Below, piece by piece: positions 31,499-40,594 of a stretch of DNA of 64,000 bases (its first letter is position 1; each line of letters opens with the position of its first letter). Location of the stretch: IMG/VR virus record IMGVR_UViG_3300010226_000003; one strand, written 5' to 3'. The notes beneath the pieces are model-generated. The model was not told where the DNA came from and did no database searches. It saw nothing but the letters and a program-made list of their open reading frames with translations. Origin of the DNA: an uncultured virus (IMG/VR IMGVR_UViG_3300010226_000003). Lineage: Duplodnaviria > Heunggongvirae > Uroviricota > Caudoviricetes. Both the position numbers and the translations under genes were made by a program.

Positions 31499-33235
31499 TT
31501 ATCCAGCAGGGGAAATGGACCAAACATGCGCATACAATAGCGCTTCTGGGTCCGGAGTCGTCACTCCTAAGATTGTGTCGTCAGTAATTGACAGTCCTGG
31601 TAGACCAAGATATGCGGAATACATCTGCTGTAGACCTGCAAGGGAGATGTCTCCATAGATTGCTGACGCCTGCGCAATCTGTGCATTTGCCACACCGATA
31701 GTCAATGCGTAATTGCCCGGCGTTGTGAGAACCCCTCCAATGTGATACCAGCTACTAGAAGCGAATACAGTAGAGCCACTTGTTACGGATACTCCATTAA
31801 CAGTTACTGCGGAGAACCCAGAGAAGGTAATTGTGTTGCCTGATCTGGAGATTGTTGCAGATCCAACAGTAATGATGTTTCCTGCCACCGGCTTGATCCA
31901 CATATCAATACCATTGATATTGAGATCTCCTGGTTCCTCTTCTCCGCTGTAAGATGCGTCAATGGCGACTGCGATATTTCCAGTAAGAATCTTGATTCCA
32001 TTGTCATCAGCATATTCAATTGGCTCGTAGAACTCTCTAGCCATTACCGCTGTTCCGCTAAGTGTTGCAGCTCTGTCACTTCTTGTTCCAAGGAATGCCT
32101 TGTCTGCATAACCGACAACTTGAATCCAGTCTACGTAGCTTTGGTCATCTACAATTCCACCGGCAAAAGTCACTCGAACAGCAATTGAATCTGTTTCTGT
32201 CAAGGTGAATGAGGCTGCATTTGTTACTGATTGCCAGCTTGTTCCGCCGTTGGTTGAACAATCGATTGTGAATGATCCTTCGCCCTTATATCTGATTACC
32301 GCGTCAGTAATTCCATCTGGTGTCATTCCTAGCTCTACTGAGCCAATCCATACACCAGGCAAAGATGTATTCTCATAAACAGGAACAATGATTCCATCAA
32401 CCACTTCTTCCGTCTCAGTCTGAGTGTAAGAAGGAACAATGATGTCATTGGCAATAACGATATCCGTCATTGATCCATCTGACCATTCATCGTCATCCCA
32501 AAGCTTTGATACAGCAACGTTCCTCGCTGAGTCTGCGAAGTTCCAGTGACTCGCGTCATTGAATCCGGCAATAGCCTCGCTTGTGTCAACTGCAACACCG
32601 TTTGAGTAATGCCTTGCGATTGTTTCGCCACTCAAAGCAAATGCATAAATGGCTGGAGCATCAAGGGCGACGGTTGAAGATGTGGATGATTGCCCTGCAA
32701 TCAAATCAGAGCTGACGAAGTTGTATGCGTCGGTATTCTGTTCATCGGTCATATCGATTTCAGCAACTAGCTGACCATCAATGTATAGGGAGTTCTTTCC
32801 ATCTGTGTGAACTCCTACAACATGGAATGACTTAGCAGTGTCATACTTATAACTGATTTCTGACACCGGGGCCGTTAGATACTTTGTTCTGAAATAGATT
32901 CTGCTAGCAGTGATCGTCAGGCCATCATAATTTGAGTTGTGACTCATGATGCTGACTTCACCAGTGATGGCGAGTGGCTTCACCCATGCCTCTAGAGAGA
33001 ACTGACGGGACTCGTAACCTTTGTTAAAAACAGGGTCGTCCATCTGGAGCTGGTTAGTATTCTGCAATACGAGAGCGTTGCCTGAGCCGCATACGAGGGC
33101 AGGGTGCAGGACCGCAGTAGAAGTCAGATCAGCTTGTCTGAAACTTCCTGCGGAATCATCGTACACCGGGCCTGTGCCGTCTAGCTTCCAATATGAGAAT
33201 GGGGAATCTGCTAGAACTTGTAGTTGATAGGACAT
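31499..33235 (-). CDS. LamG/concanavalin-like virion protein
   Basis: YQLQVLADSPFSYWKLD...FSLEAWVKP...HVVGV...LYIDGQLV; true start MSYQLQ at 33235. Confidence 0.8.
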   Translation of the reverse strand: MSYQLQVLADSPFSYWKLDGTGPVYDDSAGSFRQADLTSTAVLHPALVCGSGNALVLQNTNQLQMDDPVFNKGYESRQFSLEAWVKPLAITGEVSIMSHNSNYDGLTITASRIYFRTKYLTAPVSEISYKYDTAKSFHVVGVHTDGKNSLYIDGQLVAEIDMTDEQNTDAYNFVSSDLIAGQSSTSSTVALDAPAIYAFALSGETIARHYSNGVAVDTSEAIAGFNDASHWNFADSARNVAVSKLWDDDEWSDGSMTDIVIANDIIVPSYTQTETEEVVDGIIVPVYENTSLPGVWIGSVELGMTPDGITDAVIRYKGEGSFTIDCSTNGGTSWQSVTNAASFTLTETDSIAVRVTFAGGIVDDQSYVDWIQVVGYADKAFLGTRSDRAATLSGTAVMAREFYEPIEYADDNGIKILTGNIAVAIDASYSGEEEPGDLNINGIDMWIKPVAGNIITVGSATISRSGNTITFSGFSAVTVNGVSVTSGSTVFASSSWYHIGGVLTTPGNYALTIGVANAQIAQASAIYGDISLAGLQQMYSAYLGLPGLSITDDTILGVTTPDPEALLYAHVWSISPAG

Positions 33236-33277
33236 GTAATCATTATAAAGNNNNNNNNNNCCAAGTCCATAAAGCGC

Positions 33278-33303
33278 CAAAAGCCACTCCGAAGAGTGGC
33301 TTT
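33278..33303 (-). terminator. terminator downstream of endolysin
   Basis: AAAGCCACTC-TTCG-GAGTGGCTTT-T. Confidence 0.8.
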
Positions 33304-33399
33304 GACGGTAATATAACTCATCCTAAGTAGCGCTGCACTCAGCGCCCTAGACAACCCGGACTCATTTCCATAGGCTGTACTCAAAGGATAACATATTAC

Positions 33400-34821
33400 T
33401 TACTTCTTTTCAAGCTCAGCGACCTTGCTTTCAAGTGTTGCTACACGCTGCTCAAGCGTTGGGGCTGGAGGAGTAGCAGGAACAACATCCTTAGTAAATG
33501 CTAGTCTACCAAGAACGTCTGCTGCATAATCTCCACCGGTCGTAGCTGCATCAGCAGACTTTAGAGCGGCTAGAGCCTTCTGAACTCCATCCACGCCTGC
33601 ATTATATGCTGCTACGGCATAATCCCAACTCTTTAGAACCTTGTAGTTTGCAACAAGAAGTGCTGCTGCATCTTCGGCCTGCTTCTTAACGTCTAGAAGA
33701 TACGTTTCGTCAACTGGCCAATATCTGTTATCACGCTGCCAAACTCCGAAGCCATGACCACCGTCGCCAATTACATTGGTTAGGTTTGTCTCACGAGATC
33801 CGACTGCAAGTAGCATTCCGGTTGGAAGACCGGTCTTCTTCTCAATCTCGCTGATGAAAGGCCATGCCTTTAGTGCAATGGATGCCTGAGCAACAATAAT
33901 GTCCTTTGGCTCACGAGACTTAGGGACAATTACTGGCACAGGAACTGGCACTGTAGGAACGGTTGGCGGTACAGGTGGCTTAGGAGTAGAAGTTGTTGGC
34001 TTCTTTGTCTTAAGTACCTGACCAATTGAAAGATCATCTGACTTTAGTCCATTCCAAGACTTTAGGTCATCTACAGTCAGCTTGAGTGCCTGTGAAATAC
34101 TCCACAGAGTGTCACCCTTCTTTACTGTGTATGTACCAGTCGTTGGTGTAGGAGCTGGCTTTGATGGAGCTGGAGCCGTTCCCTTTGGACCAGCCTTTAC
34201 GGTTGCTGCAACATCCTTTCGGATCTTTGCCATGTCCATAATCTTTCCAGATGCATAACCAGGGTCCCACTTGTCGTTTGACCATTCTCCGTGTCCAATT
34301 ACAGACTTTTCAGTCCAGTTGTGGAAATCGAGAATAGCTGCTGAAAGCTTTAGGCCCGTCTGGTACTGTGCATCAGTCATCTTGCGACTACCAGAGTACA
34401 TAATCTCTACTCCATAGAAGTGAGCGTTACCGTCCACTCCATTTGAGTTACCCTTAGTAGGCTTTAGCTGACCGGTGTAATCCTCATTGATTACGTGGTT
34501 AAGAACTGCTGGATCACCACCACCAGCGTGATTTGCACGTCCCCATCCAACTAGATATACTGTGCCATCTGGTGCTAGACCAAAGTGGCAAAGAGGACCA
34601 GGGAGAGTGCTAAGTCCATTGTAAAGGGTTGAGCCCGCGTATGACGCTGCATCTGCCGCCTTTACATCTGCTCCAGTGTGATGCCAAATGAAACCGTTCA
34701 TTCCACCCCAGGCACCCTTGGAATTTCTATTGTGGGACTCCCAAGACTTTACTTCCTTGTACTTGATTCCCCACTTCTTTAGCTGAGCAACAATCTGTGT
34801 TGCTGTCATTGGTGTTGCCAT
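33400..34821 (-). CDS. endolysin: amidase_2 + LysM + lytic transglycosylase-like domain
   Basis: WHHTG, RANHAG, IGHGEW..KWDPG amidase; YTVKKGDTLWSIS LysM; SRETN...GVWQ...AAYNAG. Confidence 0.9.
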   Translation of the reverse strand: MATPMTATQIVAQLKKWGIKYKEVKSWESHNRNSKGAWGGMNGFIWHHTGADVKAADAASYAGSTLYNGLSTLPGPLCHFGLAPDGTVYLVGWGRANHAGGGDPAVLNHVINEDYTGQLKPTKGNSNGVDGNAHFYGVEIMYSGSRKMTDAQYQTGLKLSAAILDFHNWTEKSVIGHGEWSNDKWDPGYASGKIMDMAKIRKDVAATVKAGPKGTAPAPSKPAPTPTTGTYTVKKGDTLWSISQALKLTVDDLKSWNGLKSDDLSIGQVLKTKKPTTSTPKPPVPPTVPTVPVPVPVIVPKSREPKDIIVAQASIALKAWPFISEIEKKTGLPTGMLLAVGSRETNLTNVIGDGGHGFGVWQRDNRYWPVDETYLLDVKKQAEDAAALLVANYKVLKSWDYAVAAYNAGVDGVQKALAALKSADAATTGGDYAADVLGRLAFTKDVVPATPPAPTLEQRVATLESKVAELEKK

Positions 34822-34908
34822 ATGTTAATTCACCTCCTCAGCCTATAGTCTATTCCTGCTGGTATTAAAAAGCAAAAGGCCGGTGCCCATAGACACCGGC
34901 CAATTACA

Positions 34909-36865
34909 TCAGCTAATATCGACTACTTCACATCCACCAGCGGCGGAGCAAGCAAGCTCCTGAGAGCCAGTCGTATTGTCCTCAAACTCATATGTGGGGA
35001 GTAGATCCCATTCAATCTTTTCTGGCATGCGCTCAAGCCATTCCTTGTATTCAGCCTCAGAAATAGACTGATAAGGTGCCTGCTTGTACGTGTGCTCAGA
35101 GAATGGCAGGAATGAGATTCCAGAAACTTCATCGAAGTTCTTGTAAACCCATGCTCCTACTTCCATCCATTCGTGTTCCTTAACAGAAACTGTAATGNNN
35201 NNNNNNNGTAATGCTTGGCTTATGATCACACCATGATCGCTGATAGGCGAGCCAAATTTCAAGGTGTTCAATCGCTGTGAGGTCATTTCTGGTAAGTGCT
35301 CCTGGCGCAGCCTTCTTTGGGAAGCTAAAGACTGTTGTGTCATTAGGCTTCATCACGTCAGGCTCGTTTGGAATCCCTGAGTCCTTGAGGAACTGAGTAA
35401 GAGCGTCCTTGTTGTCGCCTCGCACAGTTCTGATGTAAAACTCATCGTGCTCTGTATGCATTCCACTTGGAACACCGGCCCTTTGAGAAACCGTTCCAGA
35501 AGGCTTGACACAGGTAATTGCAGCAGACTGAGGAATTCCAATTGCCTCGGCAAGCTCAGCATTTGTTGCAATAGCCTTGTATCTCAGAGCCTCAAGAGTA
35601 TCCTTTAGCTCCTTGATTCCTTCCTGGCCACTCATCAGCCTGTTTCCAAACTGACCAGTCAAAGAAACGCCAAGTAGTCTTTCTTCTTCGGTGTTCTTCT
35701 TCCAGATCTTGCGGAGATACTTGAAGTTCGTTAGAGTTGACTGCCATGTTCCGATGATCGTTGCGGCCTTGACCTTGAGCATCAGAGATTCAACAGTGTC
35801 ATCTGGACGAATGATCACTTCTGTAAGGTTGCAGAACTGGTTAGGTCGAAGGATAATCTCGCTGCACGGATTAGTTCCGAAGTCGAAATTGCCTTCTCGC
35901 CTTCCATTCTTACGCACCTGATTGATTGCAGCCTGCCTATTGAAGATTCCACGCTCTCCAGACTTGGAGTCGTAGAGGTTCTTCCATTCGGCCATGAATG
36001 CAGTCATGTCAGGCTTGCTTGTGTAGGCTACTGAGTTATTGGCCAAAGCACGCTGAGGGTTGTTCTCCCACCAGTTTCCTGCTTTTGCTGTAGCCATTCT
36101 CAGGTCGCTTAGATCGCTAAGTGAGATCAGAGCACTTCTTCGAACGCCACCAACAACAACTACTTCTGCAATCTTACAAACAAGGTCATGAGCCTCAAGG
36201 GAAGTGAGCTGACGACCAGCAGCCTTTGTGAACACGTCAATAGTGAACTGGAATAGCTGCTCTAGTGGACCAGGACCACTTGCACGTCCACCAAAAGTCT
36301 TTAGCCTTGCCCCTGCCGGGCGAACCTTTGAGGTATCCCAACGAGGAACACGTCCTCCCCATAGAAGGCTTAGAAGCTCACGATATGCACGAGCCCAGCC
36401 CTCCTTTGAGTCAGCGACCTTGATCACTGATTCAGTTGCTTCGAATTCTTCTGCAATGACAGGAAGCTTACGTACATACTTCTCTTCAACGGAGAATCCT
36501 ACACCGGTTCCATTCATCAGAATGTACAGAGTCTCGTCAAAGGCTCGAACATCATCAATTGGAACATATGAGCAGTTGTATGCAGCAACATTGTCTCGAT
36601 CAAGAGCTGCACCCGCAGTCATGAGGGCACGCATAGATGAAACAACTCCCTGATTAAGCATTTGTGCACGTACTAGATCAAGATCTTCCTGTGGAACATC
36701 GTAATCGTGATTCTTCTTGAGGCTGTCAACCATGTAGGCTAGATAGCGCTCAGTTGTTTCTACAAAAGTTTCGCGGCGGCCCTTTTCCTCTAGCCACCGC
36801 GCATACCTGCTGGTATGAATAAAGTTCTGATATGGGTCTTCAAGAAAACCCTTGTCGTCATACAA
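34909..36865 (-). CDS. nrdJ: class II (B12-dependent) ribonucleotide reductase, single gene split by N-gap 35198-35207
   Basis: YNCS, GTNPCSEI, FCNLTE, CVKPSGTVS, C-terminal ELACSAAGGCEV; CATTAC duplicated across the gap restores KPSITVSV. Confidence 0.92.
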
Positions 36866-36942
36866 AGAAAATACCTTTCCAGCCGTAGTCGTCGTACGGC
36901 TAATCCATCGCGTAGTTATACTATACTACCTGATTCGGCTGC

Positions 36943-37911
36943 TTAAATCAAGTGACTAAACGCTTGCTTAGTGAGCTTTTCCCAGTTGTACTCTTCGTGC
37001 AACATTGGTGCCTGAGCGTAAAATCGGTCACTCAATGCATTGAAGTTGTTGTAGGCATATCTGTATAGTTCTACAAGTTCATCAAAGTTTGGCTCCAGCA
37101 TCTTTCCTGGGTGAACACCGGGCCATGGTGATTCAGCAAGCTTGGATGACAGACCTAGCGGACCAAGATAATCCTTGTACTGGGCCCACTTGGCGGTGCA
37201 GATGGTAGGCATTCCTGTGGCGATAGCCTGAAATGGAATAAGACCGAAGCCTTCTCCCCAACTTGGATAAACCATTACGTGGTGCTGCTGTACAAAGCCT
37301 ACAAGGAGGTCTTCTGGGAGTTCCTTGGTGATGAGCTTGACGTTGCTGTACTCGTCTGGAGATCCAACAATTCGTCCGTTGACCATTCGTCGTACACTGT
37401 TGATTCTATGAGCCTTGATGGTTAGTTCTACATCATCTTGATCTCCGAACGCCGCGCGAAATGCATCTAGTGCCATCTGTCCACCCTTACGAGGTGCTGG
37501 CTCTCCCATGTGAAGGAACTTCATCTTTGTATAGACATTGCGCTTCTTTGGCTGCCATTGTGGATCAATACCGTGTGGATAAACCTTTACATTCTTCACA
37601 CCGGCCTTTGTGTACCAGCGCTGAATAAGATCACTAGTTGTCCAGACTTCATCGGCTAGATTCATCTGCTCAAGCCAGCACGGTGGAAGATGGGTTGACT
37701 CCCATGGAGTATATCCGATATGATAGCCAAGTTGGTTAGACCACTCCCAGTAATCTGGCTGTGAGAAGAAGATCTCGATCTTGCAATTCTTGTCTGCGAA
37801 GGGAACTCTATGTCCTAGCTTTTGCAGACTTCTGACCATGTTGAATCCGGCAACTCCATAACCAATCGTTGTGTTAAGATTGCCAGCAATAGTGGAAAAA
37901 CTGATGTCCAC
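36943..37911 (-). CDS. GT-B fold glycosyltransferase (GT4-like)
   Basis: VYPHGID, PRKGG, YPSWGEGFGLIPFQAIATGMP. Confidence 0.85.
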   Translation of the reverse strand: MDISFSTIAGNLNTTIGYGVAGFNMVRSLQKLGHRVPFADKNCKIEIFFSQPDYWEWSNQLGYHIGYTPWESTHLPPCWLEQMNLADEVWTTSDLIQRWYTKAGVKNVKVYPHGIDPQWQPKKRNVYTKMKFLHMGEPAPRKGGQMALDAFRAAFGDQDDVELTIKAHRINSVRRMVNGRIVGSPDEYSNVKLITKELPEDLLVGFVQQHHVMVYPSWGEGFGLIPFQAIATGMPTICTAKWAQYKDYLGPLGLSSKLAESPWPGVHPGKMLEPNFDELVELYRYAYNNFNALSDRFYAQAPMLHEEYNWEKLTKQAFSHLI

Positions 37912-37927
37912 TGTCGTCCTTTCGTCG

Positions 37928-38026
37928 TTGACATGCTCTTTGAGCTGTGTTACGATTATATCAGTTGGTTGAGCTATGACTCAACATCAATGCAAGCTTG
38001 ACACGTGCTGGGAACCGTGATAGCCT
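37928..38026 (+). promoter_or_regulatory. two tandem housekeeping-sigma promoters
   Basis: TTGACA-N17-TACGAT at 37928 and TTGACA-N17-TAGCCT at 37998. Confidence 0.6.
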
Positions 38027-38032
38027 GAAGTT

Positions 38033-38115
38033 ATTCAGGATGTTGCTGCGACCAACATCGTGGTCATTTGTTTAAATGCCCTAGGAGAGGTCGCAGCCTC
38101 CTAGGGCATTTTTAT
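38033..38115 (+). ncRNA. candidate small RNA with two hairpins whose loops are complementary
   Basis: promoter, hairpin 38039-38059, 14-bp terminator hairpin 38074-38111 plus T-tract, no ORF. Confidence 0.45.
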
Positions 38116-38477
38116 TGCTCTGAGGGTTTAGGAAGCTCTCTCATCTGCGGCTGCGACAACGCCGAAACTAGCCCCAAGGGACAAGGTGGGAAGATGGAGG
38201 CACGGCTGAGGCTAATGCAGGAGGCTGGGGTATAGGCGAATTCTACGAATGTCACTGTTTTCGTAGTCTAATGGACTTCTTGACCCGTTCTTCCTCCATG
38301 CCTATACTATGCCTGGAAATTCAAAGTGAAGAAGTCAACAAAAGGTTGACACCCAGAGTTCAAGGTGCGTGTGACTGCGAGGCCCTTGAAGTAACAGTGA
38401 GATGACTCAGCAGCAAGTGATTATCACTTAGGGCACGCTGGGGGGGGATATAGATTTGTCTATTGATAAGGAAGTCG

Positions 38478-38636
38478 ATGGGTAAAGAAAAAGGCTACTG
38501 GATAGTTACTTACACCGACAACAAGGGGAAGAAGCAGCTAAAGACTGTAAATTCTCTGAAAGAGCTAGATGAACTGTCAGTTAAGGTGAAGAAGGTCGGA
38601 ATAACCGACTTCAACGTCAAATTTGTTAAGGAGTAA
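38478..38636 (+). CDS. small hypothetical protein (52 aa)
   Basis: AAGGA RBS; MGKEKGYWIVTYTDNKGK...; below ORF-track cutoff. Confidence 0.6.
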   Translation: MGKEKGYWIVTYTDNKGKKQLKTVNSLKELDELSVKVKKVGITDFNVKFVKE

Positions 38637-38637
38637 A

Positions 38638-38802
38638 ATGATCAACGTAGATCGCTACTACCTCAAGTACGAACTAGATGGCCAGTCTTACGAGACTTCT
38701 GAGCTGTACACAAAGCGTCAGGCCAATGTCGAAAAGTCCATTCTTGAGGAAGACGGAGCAAAGAACGTCCGTATCGTTAAGTACGTCTCTGTGCTTGACT
38801 GA
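38638..38802 (+). CDS. small hypothetical protein (54 aa)
   Basis: AAGGAG RBS; MINVDRYYLKYELDGQSY... Confidence 0.6.
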   Translation: MINVDRYYLKYELDGQSYETSELYTKRQANVEKSILEEDGAKNVRIVKYVSVLD

Positions 38803-38898
38803 TTACGCATCAGTTACAAGCTTGACACCAAACTGTAACTCTAGTAGAGTCATACGACATGACCGGGCGGCGTGAGTCGCCCACTACTTGGAGGACCA

Positions 38899-39444
38899 AT
38901 GAGTCAAGATATGAGGGGTAACATAGCAGCTATGGCCCTTTGCCTAGGTGTTGTTGTGGCAGTTACTGCACAGGCAGCATCAGACATGGGTGTCAGTCCG
39001 CTTGAGGCTAATAAGCCAAAGGTTACCCAGTCAGTCTCACCAGAGGCGACACCAAGCACGGTTGTCAATACAGTTTCACCGTCACCGTCCTTGTCTACGA
39101 TTAAGATTGAGCCGGTGGCTTATTCTAAGTCCGTTAGCAGTACCAAAGCTTATGCAAAGTCTAAGCTAAAGAAGAAGTATCCAAGATCATACAAGAAGCA
39201 GTATTCATGCCTTGTCAATCTTTGGAAGAAGGAGTCTAACTGGAATTACAAGGCCAAGAATCGTCATTCTGGAGCCTATGGAATTCCTCAGTCACTGCCT
39301 GGCTCAAAAATGAAGGCGGCGGGCAAGGACTGGAAGACTAATCCTCGTACTCAGGTACGCTGGGGACTAGACCACTACATTTACAAGCGTTACGGTACGC
39401 CTTGTACAGCTTGGAGTCACTTCAAGAATAAGGGCTGGTACTGA
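38899..39444 (+). CDS. secreted lytic transglycosylase (SLT-like)
   Basis: signal peptide, S/T/P linker, LWKKESNWN...GAYGIPQSLP...YIYKRYGTPCTAW. Confidence 0.85.
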   Translation: MSQDMRGNIAAMALCLGVVVAVTAQAASDMGVSPLEANKPKVTQSVSPEATPSTVVNTVSPSPSLSTIKIEPVAYSKSVSSTKAYAKSKLKKKYPRSYKKQYSCLVNLWKKESNWNYKAKNRHSGAYGIPQSLPGSKMKAAGKDWKTNPRTQVRWGLDHYIYKRYGTPCTAWSHFKNKGWY

Positions 39445-39484
39445 CAGTCTTGTAAAAAACTTCTAACAATGATATCATCCGAGT

Positions 39485-39961
39485 ATGAAAACAGATGAGG
39501 ATCGTTGTAGGGAGTACGGCGTTCCATATGATCCAAGCATTACGCGCCCGGCCGTTTATCAGCAATCAGGCTGGAAGTGTCATCTTTGTGGCAAGCGAGT
39601 TCGCAAGTCATTAAAGTATCCACATCCTAAGTCTGCATCTCTTGATCACATCGTTCCTCTTAGCTGGAGGAAGGATTCACCGGGGCATGTTTGGGGAAAT
39701 GTGGCTCTTGCTCACCTTCGCTGCAACCAAAGTAAAGGTGCAAGATTTGCGGGAAGTTCAAAGCCAGCCCCACGAAGGCCAGGTTTTGTCACTGTAACGC
39801 CGCTATGGAAGCTTAGACTGACTCTCTTTGCCATTACGGCAGCGCTATTCTATTTTAGTGCGTCACCGACAGTGTTGACGATATCAGCAGTGCTGTGTAT
39901 ACTGTCAGTAGTACCGCAAAGAAAAGTCCGTCGTCGTAGACGAGCCTGGTGGAAGCTCTGA
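39485..39961 (+). CDS. HNH endonuclease with C-terminal transmembrane segments
   Basis: CHLC...SLDHIVPLS...HVWGNVALAHLRCNQSK, then two hydrophobic helices and an Arg-rich tail. Confidence 0.8.
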   Translation: MKTDEDRCREYGVPYDPSITRPAVYQQSGWKCHLCGKRVRKSLKYPHPKSASLDHIVPLSWRKDSPGHVWGNVALAHLRCNQSKGARFAGSSKPAPRRPGFVTVTPLWKLRLTLFAITAALFYFSASPTVLTISAVLCILSVVPQRKVRRRRRAWWKL

Positions 39962-39972
39962 TTTCACCGCCC

Positions 39973-40045
39973 TCCCCGTTAGTGGCAATGGCAAACACAC
40001 TTCTCTCGTAAAGAAGAAATGCCGGTTCGATTCCGGCACGGGGAT
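39973..40045 (+). tRNA. tRNA-Thr(CGT)
   Basis: acceptor TCCCCGT/ACGGGGA, anticodon arm CTTCT-CTCGTAA-AGAAG, T arm GCCGG-TTCGATT-CCGGC; no encoded CCA. Confidence 0.9.
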
Positions 40046-40065
40046 CTTTTCTATTTGGAGGATCT

Positions 40066-40221
40066 ATGCCTGTTACTGGTAAATCCGGAAATGAACGAAA
40101 CAAGCAAGGACTCTGTTACACCAAATACTGCACCGGCAAGAACCTTAGCAAAGCCATGTTCTATGGCAAGCAAGTTCTGTTTTGTCCGACGTGCAAAGAC
40201 AAGAATAAGTATCTGAAATGA
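40066..40221 (+). CDS. small Cys-rich (zinc-finger) protein
   Basis: GGAGG RBS; CYTKYC...CPTC. Confidence 0.6.
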   Translation: MPVTGKSGNERNKQGLCYTKYCTGKNLSKAMFYGKQVLFCPTCKDKNKYLK

Positions 40222-40379
40222 CACTCAAAGAACGAATATTCACAATAACGCTATTCATTGCGACTATTCTTGATCTTGTAAGCTTCATCCTATGGCCATC
40301 TGTTCTTGGCGGCGTCTCTTGCCTTGCTCTCAGTATGGTCTGTCTTATTGTCCTCCTAGAATACGGAAAGATACAATGA
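40218..40379 (+). CDS. small membrane protein
   Basis: ATGA overlaps both neighbours; two hydrophobic helices. Confidence 0.55.
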   Translation: MTLKERIFTITLFIATILDLVSFILWPSVLGGVSCLALSMVCLIVLLEYGKIQ

Positions 40380-40582
40380 CACGATGCGAACAGATTATCC
40401 GCGAATGCATGATTTCTTGCGGATGGCAAGCACATGAAGCTGACAGCGCTATCGAAGATCTAAAGCGCGAGGCTATTGAATCAGATCAGGCATGGCAGCA
40501 AGAAACCCAGAATCTACACAGCGCGATAGATGATGCAGTAGAAGCCCTTCACACGACTCTCTACAATTTGAGAAATGCGTGA
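40376..40582 (+). CDS. hypothetical protein
   Basis: MTRCEQII..., ATGA overlap. Confidence 0.55.
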   Translation: MTRCEQIIRECMISCGWQAHEADSAIEDLKREAIESDQAWQQETQNLHSAIDDAVEALHTTLYNLRNA

Positions 40583-40594
40583 TAGACTAGATTC

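Noticed and set aside
35180..35220. RNR apparently split in two ORFs (intron/intein or frameshift)
   Set aside because: The break coincides with a 10-N gap with CATTAC duplicated on both sides; merging gives continuous KPSITVSVK, so it is an assembly artefact.
4991..36653. Numerous plus-strand ORFs within the structural module
   Set aside because: Antisense shadows of long minus-strand genes, with no RBS or recognisable domains.
36866..36940. Cobalamin riboswitch upstream of class II RNR
   Set aside because: The leader is only ~75 nt with a single hairpin; too short and lacks B12-box features.
38115..38470. tmRNA or RNase P RNA
   Set aside because: No tRNA-like ends, tag ORF or GAGGAAAGUCC motif recognised; kept only as an unknown structured RNA candidate.
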